A stretch of 64,000 bases of DNA from Trichoplax sp. H2. Its lineage: Eukaryota. Below are positions 28,923 to 53,270 of the stretch, one piece after another. Location of the stretch: NCBI GenBank assembly GCA_003344405.1, contig NOWV01000017.1, forward strand, positions 248,001 to 312,000, given 5' to 3'. The notes beneath the pieces are model-generated. The model saw only the letters and a program-made list of their open reading frames with translations. It did not search any database and was not told the origin of the DNA. The position numbers and the translations under genes are program-made. Every line of letters begins with the position of its first letter. Within the stretch, counting starts at the first letter, position 1.

Positions 28923-29394
28923 ACTAATCCAATCAATTTTGTTGTCTTTGGAAAGTTGTCTTAACGCATCAATCTACTTCACTCTTTTTCTATTGCTTTT
29001 TGGGCAATTTCAACTATCTAATCAAGTACCAACAAATCCAATAACCGAAATCAGTACGAAGTACGTTCATCAAGGAGTTAGGCGTATCAAGAACAAAACT
29101 TGGATCAATTTCAGTCCATTGATCCCAACTTACTATGGTAACATTGTTGTTCGCACCAGCTACTATAACGGAACGCTGCTGTCGTGGATTAGTTAGGGTG
29201 TCGCAAGATGGAAACACCTTTTGCTTAGACACATTTTAACACCTCCAGGAAGGCAACCTAGATGGAAATGGAATGAGATGCACAGATTTGGTCTTTGAAA
29301 ATGAACTGCAAAGAATTCTCAAAGCCAATCCTTGGGTCAATGTGGTTCAGTATAGGAACTTCTAATGAGAGAAAAACTTGTCATTCGATGCCTC

Positions 29395-29850
29395 TGTACT
29401 GCACATACACACTAGAGGGTACAAACCGTACAATACTGTACTGTACAGACAGCTGATATACTGTACTGTACAGTGTACAGTACTGTACGCATTAGGTCCG
29501 TTTACCGCTCTTCAGGTGCAAATACTGGACTGACCCGTACGTACATTTCAACAACAAACATGACGTACTGGTCACTGGTACGTCGTACAGTACGCGGTCA
29601 TGTGACGCCAAGTCACCCAAGGACTCAGCTCCAAGTTTTTACAGTACAATGTACAGTACACTCTACACTGTACTGTTTGGTTCCGTATGGTACGGTACTA
29701 CTGTAGTACTGTATGGTCTGTACTGTATACAGTACCGTATGAATCTACTGTACAGTATAGTTATACGAACTTTGCGTAGTGTACAGTACATACAGTATAG
29801 AGTCTGTTCGTACTTGCACTTTTTACTTCACAACATACTGTACTGTGCTA
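29395..29850. repeat. ACAGT/ACTGT pentamer field upstream of STK11IP
   Basis: Dense tactgtacag/tacagtac units about 0.5-0.9 kb 5' of the minus-strand ATG at 28922. Confidence 0.85.
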
Positions 29851-30474
29851 TTCCACAAAGAGAACCAAGTAATACTCAATAGACCTGCTCCAGTCCAACA
29901 ACTATGCTGTGTAGTGAAACTTATTTTATATGGTACATATGAGTCATAGGATAGGACAGATGTGTATTCAAGACTGTTCAAGATACCGGTACACCAATCA
30001 CCCTTGAACCCTCGCTGTAGATTTATTCGCATATTAAGCATCACAATATCCTTTACACAATTTAGCATAGCGATGTAAGCAGGATATTGCATACGATTAT
30101 TGCAGGAAAGCATCATCTCAGCTCGTTTAATAATGTACTGCACGAGTACGTGATCAGCAGGATTGAAGAGATCTAAAAATGTACAAAAACTGTGCCAGTA
30201 CCAACTTTTCCAAGCAGATTAATTTCTATCTAAAATTTGTCAATTCTCATATCATTGCTATCATATAAACATCATCTTATAAAAAATTCACATTGAATAA
30301 CGCATATATATCCGGTGACCTGTAATTATTAACTTTTAGAAAATGAGATGTTGAACTAAGTTGACTGTATAGAATCTGTACTACAGTACTATACGTCTTA
30401 TTATGTATTGATATCAATTAAATTATAGCATTTAAATCAGCTTTAGAGGATGCAGTAATGTTCTTGCACAAATT

Positions 30475-37806
<7,332 letters not shown>

Positions 37807-38770
37807 GATTTGGCCTTTTGCAATGTGAAAAAATAGGAATCAAATAAGATGGCGTTGATTACGAAGCTGACAGTTGTACTAAAGGAGCTTTGACTGTGTA
37901 CAGCAGAGAGAAATAACGTGACTATCAATATCAGCGATTTAAAATGAGTTGAAAAGGTTAGTAAAGTAAATGATGTTCCAGTAGAAATATTGTCAATTTT
38001 AAAAATTATGATAAACCCTAATAATAATCTACTGTTTACTAACTTTCAATTTGTTGCTGCACTTGCTAATCTCCACAACGGTACTAGACTAGAATGACTT
38101 GACAAAACTACAGTATACTGTATACTGGTGAAGTTGAAAAAATTCGATTGCGCTCGAATGATGGTATCGCCCTGGTGCAGTTCTTAATCAATGTTTTTTG
38201 TCTTATGAAGATGGTCTTGAAGGTCGTTTCAAACTGGTTTGCCTATCGTTTTGAGATGTGGGTAAATTAAGGCAATAGCGCGTAACAGTATGTCTTCGAA
38301 GAGGATGTCTGTAATTTCTATTTTGATGAATGCTGCCTAGTGCATACATTTATCTTGTTACCAAGGGGTTTCTATATTTTACACTGTACTCTTTTGTACA
38401 GTACAGTATGGCAAACTACAGTTGGACCGAGTAATTATGCATCATTAATCTTCATTCTATTTTTTTTTTATTTATGCCTTGTGCAATGTGCATGCAATCC
38501 ATTCTGTCCACTGTAGTAATGTCAAAATGCCGGTGAACTTGTGGTCTGTGGGTGTCAACTGTCATACAATTAGCCAGCGGCGTGATGACCCGGTAAGGCG
38601 GTACTGTGCCTCTCAGTGCTGATTGTTAAAACACCGACCCAGAGACCCTGAGGGGACGGGACATACTGTACAGTACAGTACAACCCTACCGTACAATATA
38701 CTGTACTTTTTTTAAACTTTCAACTTTTATTTACAGTACTGTACCAGTACAGTACTCGGAAATTCCAGGA

Positions 38771-38830
38771 TGTTATTGTTATTATTATTATTGTAGTGAT
38801 TGTTCTATTATTATTGTTATTTATTATTAT
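38771..38830. repeat. Imperfect (TTA/TTG)n microsatellite
   Basis: tgttattgttattattattattgtagtgattgttctattattattgttatttattattat. Confidence 0.7.
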
Positions 38831-38867
38831 CATAATACTGTCATGGTTTAAGTAAACGGCTGCTTGC

Positions 38868-38925
38868 TCTGTTAAATGAGCACATTATCGTAAACCGTCA
38901 GTAAAGCGACGGGAGTTTGCACTAG
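38868..38925 (+). mobile_element. 58-bp Helitron-like non-autonomous unit or 3' terminus, copy 1
   Basis: TCTGTTAAATGAGCACATTATCGTAAA-CCGTC-agtaaagc-GACGG-GAGTTTGCA-CTAG followed by T: 5' TC, subterminal hairpin, 3' CTAG. 56/58 identical to the reverse complement of 59408-59465. Confidence 0.65.
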
Positions 38926-40845
38926 TAATATTATGAATGACAAGCACTGCTGCGATAGGCTGCTAACAGGGTTAATATCGATAGAGCTCTTGAAAGGTCG
39001 AAACACTTCCATTCAGGAAAGGATATGGTATGCAATTGAAGTGCTAGTATCAAATCGTACTTCAGGTAAAGCGCAGATATTGGGGAGTAAGTGACTGGTG
39101 TGGTCTCGCACGACGCGCGTACAGTATGCTACTTTATTCAACTATCTAGGTGAACTAACAATACAGTACAGTCAGTATACCGTACGATCGGAAATGGGAA
39201 AGCACGCATTTTGATGTTATCTACACGACTCCTATCACATGTTGCATGCATGCTTCCTTTTACAGTACAGTACTGTACTACAGTCCTACTCAGTATACTG
39301 TACTGTAGATCATTCATAAATGGGGATATAACGGTCAGTGATACTTTCATCATTTATGGACTTAAGAGCAAGTTTAACTTTCTAACTTTACCAGATTCAG
39401 ATATTTCAGAATCTCTCCATCAACCTCATATATCATTCTATTATAGCTTTACTGTATTTTTAAAGAAAAATATGGCCCGAAAGTGACAAAATGTTATGAA
39501 ACAGCCTGTACAGTACTGTACACTGTACAGTACAGTACAGTACAGTCTACAGTGTACTGTACGCTTGCTAATGACAGTACACTGAGTGTACAGTACAGCA
39601 TATCCATGGTACTGTACTGTACACTGTACTGTACAGTATTGTAGTACTGTACGATAGTCCCCGCCCGACTCACACTTCTCTCATTCCGGGCTGTAATCCT
39701 GTACCATTCACTGAGTGTTCAGTAAAGTACAGTACTGTACTGTACTGTACACTGTACAGTACTGTAAACGATCTTCTACTGTACAGTACTGTACTGTACT
39801 GTACAGTACATTGTACACTACAGAACACTACTGTAGCTGGCAGTGGATACAGTACTGTATTGTATTCAGTAGTTCGGCATTTTTTACTGGTATTACTGCG
39901 CAAATGTTACCTACAGACTACAGTACTGTACAGTACTGCCAAAAGGTTTTACTATTAATAACGGCCAGCACAGTAAGCATAATCGATCGATTCGATCAGA
40001 GTACATACTGTACTGTACTGTGGACTGATTTGAACATGTGATGGATGGACCGACTGATGAACTCCCACATTTGTTCGACCTGAGAAAGGTTCGGTTCAGA
40101 TGGACGGACGTTTCTTACCCAAAGGAGGCTGTCAATATTGAAAAATGACTAGTTACAGTTAGTATGGATCTTCCAGATCTGTTTTCCACATCACTGGTAC
40201 TAATTCAAATAACATTTACGATCTTACATAGCTATTTCCTAGAAAAACTCAAAAGTAAGAAGATGGTACAGTATGACATAGTATTTGCTGACCAGCTTAC
40301 ATACTGTACTATACACTGTACAGTATATGCCACAATACCAATCAATTTTATAGTTGTGTAATGTACCAGGGACGGCCGTGAAATTTTTTAACTGTGAGTC
40401 AGTTTTATAGTGTGACTTGGCAGGGGAGACAGGGACTTCCGGGGTAGCAGTGAGTGGAATCCCACTCATGGCCATGGGTCGAGTAGTCCTACTGTACAGT
40501 ACAGTAGTCCCTGACTGGACGCACAGTACGCTACAGTACATTGTATTCTGTATCACAATTAGCGAGCAATCGACGTACTGTACTGTAATGCCTGTTAATG
40601 CTGTGGTTTGCAAAGAAGTTGAAAGGAACGAGAAAGATTTTGGACCTCTTGTTATCGCAATAACGACCGAATAATAACGGTAAGAAACATCAGTGAGGGT
40701 CTTACGTTAACTATGATATGCACTATAAGTATGCTGTAGTGCGAAACATCAATCCTACAGTTGTATTTGGTTCACTGATACAGTCACTGTCTAGAAAACA
40801 AGTACAGTAATTTGGATTCTCGGTCGTTGAGTGGCTGCTTGTGAT

Positions 40846-42812
40846 ATGGAAGAGCAACGCACTAGCACTTATTGCACTGTTTATATGGATGATGATAATC
40901 TTGACGATAACACTTGTGATGCAAGCAGTAGTATTGATAATGGAATAGGTGATTCTATCGCTGACTGGGCAACTATCACATTGCAGCCAGACTTGAAAGA
41001 TGAAGAAGAAAAGCATTTAAGCAAGTCATGTTATGGCCATAACAGAACAATTATTCATTTAGATATTGATTGTTTTTATGCTCAAGTCGAAATGGCTAAA
41101 AATAGCAGTTTACGAAATAAACCGGTTGGTATACGTCAAAAACATATCATTGTCACTTCCAACTATCCTGCCAGAGAACGGGGCGTTGGCAAGCTAATTC
41201 CTTTAACTAAAGCCTTGGAAAAATGTCCTGATTTAATAGTAATTAATGGTGAAGATCTAACGGAGTATCGAGAAGTCAGTTTTAAGGTCACTGATTACCT
41301 GAAGAAGTTCTCTACTAAAGTTCATAGGCTAGGATTTGATGAGAATTACATCGATGTTACTGAACTCGTCCAGTGCAGACTTAATCAATTTCAAGGTAGG
41401 TTGTGTAAAAGCACAGTAGCTGCTAGCTACAGTACTCTAGCCAGACAATAATGATTATAATGTACGTGTACTATATTACTAAGTGCATCTAAGCTATACT
41501 GTAGACTGCTAGTTTTAGGGCTTCAAAACCAATAGTTAAATCAAATTAATTAATCAGAATATATATCAGGCATACACGACATAAAATGTTCGAATTGTAC
41601 ATTATTTATGAAACTTGATTGTAATCATTGCATATAGATCACACCGAAGACCTACAATCTTTACAAGTTGTAGGGTACTTATATCAGAACAGTAACACGG
41701 TTAAAGCACAGGCTTGTGATTGCAATTGCCGATTACGAATGATAATTGGCTCGCAAATTGCGGCTGAAATGCGCCAAGGACTGTGGAATGTTTTCAGCTT
41801 GACATCAAGCGGTGGTATCGCCCACAACAAGATGTTATCTAAAATCGTATCTGGTTTGCATAAGCCAAATTTACAAACCGCTATCTACCCTGAAGATACT
41901 CTCGATTTGCTTCACTCTCTGGAGTTAAGAAAAATTGCTGGTATTGGTAGTGCAACGAATAACAAGTTACAATCTGTTGGTATTACAACAGTTAAAGAAC
42001 TGTCCACTCTACCGTTAGCTGTATTAAAGACACATTTTCCAACCCCTCAAGCCTGTACGCTATTTCAATGGTGCAAAGGTATTGATGATAGTGATGTCGT
42101 TGCCGCTACAAAGCCAAAATCGATTGGAGTAGAAGATTCCTTTTCTAGGTGCTGTACGATGATAGCTAGTAAAAAGAGAATATCTGATTTAATAAGGCAT
42201 CTTTTATCACGCTTGGTCGATGGATGTGAACACCCTCAAACAGTCAAATTAACTATTATTAGGCATGATAGGTCATCCTATAAGAGAGAATCGAAGCAGT
42301 GCAGTGTTCCTAGCACGTTTTATTCGACTAAAGACACCGACAAAAAGTGTAGTATTATCCTTGACCTAATGATGAATCTATTACGTAAATTAGTTGACAT
42401 ACATAAACCGTTTCGCCTTAGACTCTTTGGTGTCACATTTACAAATTTTAAAGATAAGCCACCGGTAGCATCGTTGGATATCTCCAGCTACTTAGACCGG
42501 TCTAAATCGAAAAAACACGATCCATTAGTAAAGAAGCCCTTAATGACTGCAGTTCCTATAGTATGCGACAACAATTATAATCAAGTGCCCAGTCATAGTG
42601 ATAAAGATAGTCAAAACTTGCTGGAACACGATAAGACTATTCCGGAAGACATCGATCTTGAGGTTTTCCATCAGTTGCCTCAACAAATGAAAGACGAACT
42701 GCTTAACGAATGGAGAAAGCATAATCTCACCAATACTAGTCCTTCCAGAACTTTTTCACCCAAGCGAAAGAAAGAAAGTACGATTTTGCACTACTTTAAT
42801 CGATCCCACTGA
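40846..42812 (+). CDS. POLI: Y-family translesion DNA polymerase iota, 2 exons: 40846-41395, 41638-42812
   Basis: RTIIHLDIDCFYAQVEM, VGIRQKHIIVTSNYPARERGV, INGEDLTEYR, LGFDENYID, CDCNCRLRMIIGSQIAAEMR, GIAHNKMLSK, HKPNLQT, RESKQC and a C-terminal UBM (IPEDIDLEVFHQLPQQMKDEL). GT-AG intron at 41396-41637. An alternative start ATG is at 40885. Confidence 0.95.
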
Positions 42813-43468
42813 TCATTAATAGTACAGTACTAACATTTTGCACATCTCTAAAGGAAGTTACCTACAGTTTTGCAACTACTGAAATTAATTTCATAATGTA
42901 TGATATAAGAAACTAATAATAATAATATCATCGAGCTTGTAAGTAATTCATAAAACTGCTTGAGATATGTGTATACGTGTAATCATTTACGGTTGGCTAT
43001 TTTTAAAATGAGTTCTATTAAAAATAGAAGAAATTGAGATAGCTCCTTTAAAGCCTTGGCATTTTCAAAGTACTGTACTCTTAAGGGTAACGACGCTAAG
43101 ACATTTATCGAAGACGTTTTCTGTTAGAGCAAAAGATTGTGAACTATCAGAAGTATTTAATGGAATGATATTTATTTCACAAGTAGCATCATTATGCATT
43201 GTCCTCAGTGAATTACATACCAAGACCAAAGATATATAATATAAATTCTAAAGAAAGTATTTATTCATATTGGTAGAATTTAAAAAATCATAGAAAGTTC
43301 ATCATTGAATCAAAATTTACAATGATTTATTCTGATCTCAAACAATTTCTAATAAAAACAACGCTAGCTGTGATAATCACCCAAGCATTACTTCATTTCA
43401 GTTCTCTGATTAATTCTGTAATGTACATGTTTACATTAAGAAAAATTACTAAATAAAAATTGATATTT

Positions 43469-45557
43469 TTAAATACTTTTGATTTTCTTTTGAGAGCGAC
43501 TTAATTTATGATCCAGTTCAATCTTAGGCGGAATGTCAGTAGCAGCCTGTTGTAGATGCCTACTATATAAACTAAGAGATCAAATTTGCGATTAAAGTTA
43601 ACATCAAAAGCTTATTATGAAAAGAATACAACAGATTTCAAGGATTATAGATAATATCAGTATATAGCCAAAAAGACTTGTTCTTACTATTTATAAGTAT
43701 CTGACTTTAAATATTCCATTAACTTGTCTATGCCATTGGCCAGCTGAGATGCAATGGGTTTTACATATGGGTTCTCGCTTAAGCGAATAACCCCGTTTGA
43801 TATATTTAGTCCTAAGTCGGCTATTAGAATTAATAACGCATAGATATTTAACTTTGAATGCGCAGTACTTAAAATGCAGTCAAATTTTTTGATAACTACC
43901 TAATGCGGGAGGTAGTACTGTCAAACGGTTCCCTTGCAAGTGTAACTCTTTCAAGTCTGATAAGTTTCCGATCTCATTTGGCAAGGAGATGGCATAGTTA
44001 TCCCGTAAAACCAGCTAGGATAGTTAGTGTATTATACTTTATACTTTGGTAGAATTCGAAATTATACAATGTATATGTATATTGTACATAATAGTATAAA
44101 AACGGATAAAACATAGTAAAGATCCCTTACAATTTGCAAGCTCTTCAGCTTTCCAAATTCAGGAGGGACGTTTTCAATTTCATTATCACCAAGGTATAAA
44201 GCTCTAAGGGTAGCTAAATTAAAAGTTGGAAAGAACTGAAAGTTAAGAGGTATAATTGGTGTACAATTGCACTTATAAAGTACTACATGAGCTGTTGTTA
44301 CTATGGATTACGATAACGAACTCAGTAAAGAAAAGTTCGATGAGAAAGATTCATCGGTTAAACAGTTCGATGTCATATCCAAAATTTGCAGTGAAGGAAA
44401 TACTCCAAATCCTCTTGGAAGAGTGGATAGTAGATTGACCCTAATTTTGTAAGCATATTACGATTATTGAATGGCCAAATTTCTTTCAACTAGAACTCAA
44501 ACCAATATGATTGTTCTGTCGAATGGAATTTCAATACTTACGATAAATTCAAGTATTTTAACTTTAGCAATTGGTTTATACATTCAGGCAATTCCTACAC
44601 AATACATTAAAAGTGCAATGTTACCGTCATGATTACATGGACATGAATTAACTTTTAGTGCACTATGATAGCGTCAACTTTGATATGTTGAAAAGGGAGC
44701 GGAGATCGAGGATTATGCAAAATTATGAATTGACTGCGAAGGCGTACAAATAGACACTAAAGAAAAGGAAGATAAATCATCTACAATTCATACCTGAATT
44801 GCATTATTGCAAAGGATAAGACATTCCAAATTGGAAAGATCGCTTATCGCAGGAGGAATTGCTAAACAGGTGTAATTATCACAGTATAGAATAGGGTTAA
44901 ATTTGGAATGACATTTGATGCTTACTGCACGAATATGTCCATAATTTACTTAAAGTCAGATGCGAATTGGCTTAAGGTACGATTGAAAATTTACCGGAAA
45001 TTTTATTGTGACTTAGCGTCAATGTAGTTAAATGGCGAAGTCGGTCTATGGATAACAAAAAGGAATTAATGAAGAAAATGACTTGTTCGATTACTTCAGA
45101 GTCCTTTTCCTATTACCTAGTTTCTAGTAAAGACGACATACTCGTACAAGTAATCGTAACTGCTTTCGTCGTTATCCATTGTGATAACAATTACATACAG
45201 TACGCGTAGTATATCCATAATTTTTGATAATTTAATTTACTGTAGTCAATGGACATGACTGGAGTTGAAGTATTTTCACAAACAGTAGAATTAAGCAAAT
45301 AAAACATATGAAGCTAGGCTAAAATCGCAATATTGATTTAATGCAATTTAAGGAGAATTGATTATACAGAGTAGTCATGCGCTAGAAATTCCAAATTGGT
45401 TACTGCATTGATATCGTACATATATCGGGGCCAACTTACTCCAAGTGGGTAGATCAGTTAAATTAATTAAACCTCGATCGCATAAATCCAATTCCTTATG
45501 ACCTTTGACTTTAGCCTCCTCAAGCAATTTCTTAACATTTTTGTACGATCCTGCCAT
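43469..45557 (-). CDS. RSU1: Ras suppressor protein 1 (LRR protein; PINCH/ILK focal-adhesion partner), about 9 exons
   Basis: MAGSYKNVKKLLEEAKVKGHKELDLCDRGL, LTLSHNKI, IPPAISDLSNLE, LPRGFGVFPSLQILD, TLRALYLGDNEIENVPPEFGKL, LKELHLQGNRLTVLPP, ENPYVKPIASQL and LYSRHLQ...PPK, collinear with human RSU1 as recalled. Confidence 0.95.
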
Positions 45558-46189
45558 TGTTTGTGACGATAACAATGAATAGCAAAAAAGGATTGTAGTA
45601 TAATTTATGATACTAGCATCCCAAAGTGGAAAATCCCTCTTAATCTACTTTTTGGATTGACTCGAGCAACGCCTTATTCACCAGTTCCCAATTGAAAGAA
45701 CCAAGTTGGTACAGGAGGTCTAATGAACACTACAGTAGATCAATGTGTCAAGAAGGTGGAAGTGAGCAGCCGTGTTGTCGACGTGTTGTAAGAAGGAAGG
45801 GTTAAAGGTAGAGAGTACAGTCGTCAGTCGTAGAGGTCGGGCATTCAAAATCGCTGCATCCGCGCTTTCTACTAACACTTGTACAGTACAGTCACACGGT
45901 GGTGCCGTGGAGACTAATAAGAGACCTTTACTACTTGTCAATCCGTAATAAGGCTGACCAATGATACTACAAGCAGGCCTAATAAAAAGTGCTATACGAT
46001 TGATAGAAAACACTGGTAGTGACCAATGACAACATCAAAATAATCTGTCATTCAATTTTGGAGGAGGAAGTCTGATACAGGTGGAGTACAGTTCAGCATT
46101 GTGCAATACAGTCTGACGGTAGTGTGGAGATGAAAAGAAAGGAAGTTTTTAAAAAAGTTAAAAAGTTTTTCTTCAACTTGGATGCTGTG

Positions 46190-47745
46190 ACAGTGTAAAG
46201 TACCGTACGTACAGTACAATACGCCCCCCCCCCCAAAAAATTGACGTACTGTACAGTACAGTACTGTACACAGGGGTAAGAGACGCGGAGGTAAAAAAAA
46301 AAAGAAAAATCTCGATTATACTGTACTGTATCGAATAATATACAGTACTGTATCATCGTTTAAGCTATTTACGCTGAGTTATCTGAGTAATCGGGGTTAT
46401 AATGGCTGGGCCTCCTGTACAGTGTAATAATACAGTATAATTAATTCATTTTTTTTTCCACCTCTGTGGTATGAGAAGAACGACAATCATTCAGCTGCAT
46501 ACGGTACACTGCGTACAGCACAGTACAAGGAGTGAAGAGAAAGCTATACAGTACTGTACTGTACTGTACGGTATCCGTCTACAGTGTACAGTATTCACAT
46601 TGTACATTGTAGTATTGTACTGTACAGTGTACTGTACTGTCGATTGTGAAAATAAATAAATAAAAAAAAAGAAAATGAACTGTCATCTATTCCCTTTGAT
46701 AATTTTCATCTCGTATTTATGGTATCTTTCTGTAAAGTCTTGAAAAGAAGGTCAAGCGAGCCGAGTAACCCCAATTAATATTTGAATATAATGACAGTGA
46801 ATAATTATTATACACACTGGCTCACTATATACATGGCGAGTGTTGAAACGTGGTTCCATCTTTTTTTAGTCAGTTGCTAAGAACGCAGCTTTACGGAAGT
46901 AAGCTACATTTTACATTTTATTTTTCTGTCAGCCTTTGAATGAATCTTTCTCGCTTCAATGCTGGCAAAGTGATAGATACCCAGTTCGGACATGGATAGT
47001 TACCGCGCCGAGCAGCTTGATTAATCACTGATAATTATGCTTCTATATTGTATTACCCATCAACACTAGTAGCGAATTGTACTTGTTTACGTTTTTTAAT
47101 GGTAGCTTGTCTATAGAATATCGATTCATACTAGCAACGCTGAATATATACAGTATACAATATACCTACAGTAAAGTGGCAAATGAAATGTTTACAATTT
47201 TCAAAGTGCATTTCTACAGTACTGTGACCCTCGCTGACCCCGAGTATGATCCATGGGATAAATAGGGCAAGCAGTCGATTTACTACAGTGTATTGTACAC
47301 TAGCTGAGTGTTGAGTGTACTGTACTGTACTGTACTGTACTGTACAGTGTACACTGTTGAAGAAAAAGAAAGTTCAAATGTGTACTGTAGTACTGTAATA
47401 CTGTATACTGTTCTGTATGTTAGGGATCGTCGCGATTTTGATGACCTCTATGCTACAGACCGTCGGTGTGGGTCAGTCAATGGAATGAGCCTTTGACGTC
47501 TGCTTGAACAATAACCCCATTATTGCATCAGGCCAAAACTGAACCGACAGCACAGTGCATTACACATGAACTCATTATCTCATTTCACAATATAATAATA
47601 GATGAAGTGGGAGTGGTTTTCAAAAGACCTTAAGGTCAGAATGACTCAGACGGTACAATGGAGTTCACGACCGATGCCAGTACAGTGTACAGTGTACTGT
47701 AGTCTACAATATGGACTGTATAAATGCGCATACAGTACTGTACAA
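46190..47745. repeat. ACAGT/ACTGT pentamer fields in the divergent RSU1-SELENOO intergenic region
   Basis: Clusters at about 46190-46350, 46500-46640, 47280-47420 and 47680-47745, e.g. gtactgtactgtactgtactgtactgtacagtgtacactg. Confidence 0.85.
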
Positions 47746-48115
47746 TCGAATCTGTCATGTGTCGAGTATGGTCTCACATACAGCCATTGACTGACCATTG
47801 TACAAGTGCGTACGTACACTAATCAGTAGATTCACCTCTGCTATCACAATCGATATTTTGCTTCGGGTCAGGATTATTATCACCAAAGCCTGTGTTAAAA
47901 GTTCAAATTCTTCACTGAATTTGCCACTAGTCAGAGTTCCAAAAAGTCGGAGAACGCTGTAGTTGAAAGTAGTGAAACTACGCCTGGTTTTTTCAATCCT
48001 TATTGGGATTGACTATTTGTATTTCTACTGGGGGATCATTCATCAGTTGAGGACAACGTTGCGCCTACGAAGAATAGTCAATATCTTAGAGAAGCAAGTG
48101 GCGACTTTAACGACC

Positions 48116-53107
<4,992 letters not shown>

Positions 53108-53204
53108 GTTGTCATTTATAGATTGACAACACTCACAAAAAGTTAAAATGACTGAAAAGATTTGTGCGATATTTGTAATATTTGTTTGTGTAAAAATTGT
53201 TGTA

Positions 53205-53270
53205 TGTTAAATGACGCTTTATCTTTCAATCTACATTAGAAGACTGGATTTAGCTGAAAAATTTTCAACA
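53205..53270 (+). promoter_or_regulatory. SECIS element (type II) in the SELENOO 3' UTR
   Basis: A-TGAC at 53211-53215 and TGAA at 53255-53258 form the non-Watson-Crick quartet. Helix II pairs GCT/AGC, ATCT/GGAT and TC/GA. An unpaired AA (53228-53229) lies 12 nt after the quartet, followed by the apical mini-stem TCTA-cat-TAGA. Helix I is tgtt/aaca. It sits about 110 nt downstream of the in-frame UGA. Confidence 0.85.

Larger units (their letters stand above)
38390..40590. repeat. Several ACAGT/ACTGT pentamer fields in the divergent SLC25A12-POLI intergenic region
   Basis: Clusters at about 38390-38410, 38665-38760, 39160-39305, 39505-40020 (densest) and 40300-40590. Confidence 0.85.

Noticed and set aside
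38968-38975. AGGGTTAA, a piggyBac-like terminus
   Set aside because: I found no matching inverted terminus or transposase remnant in the window.
38976-38983. TATCGATA (DRE-like) sites near POLI and TOPBP1 (60842)
   Set aside because: The same octamer occurs several times in PDE introns, which is expected at this AT content.
40451-40468. Hairpin TGAGTGG-aatc-CCACTCA and a nearby GGGACTTCC upstream of POLI
   Set aside because: Too short to distinguish from chance.
53148-53200. Second ATGAC in the SELENOO 3' UTR as an additional SECIS
   Set aside because: I could not form a helix II, apical AA and closing GA at the required spacing.
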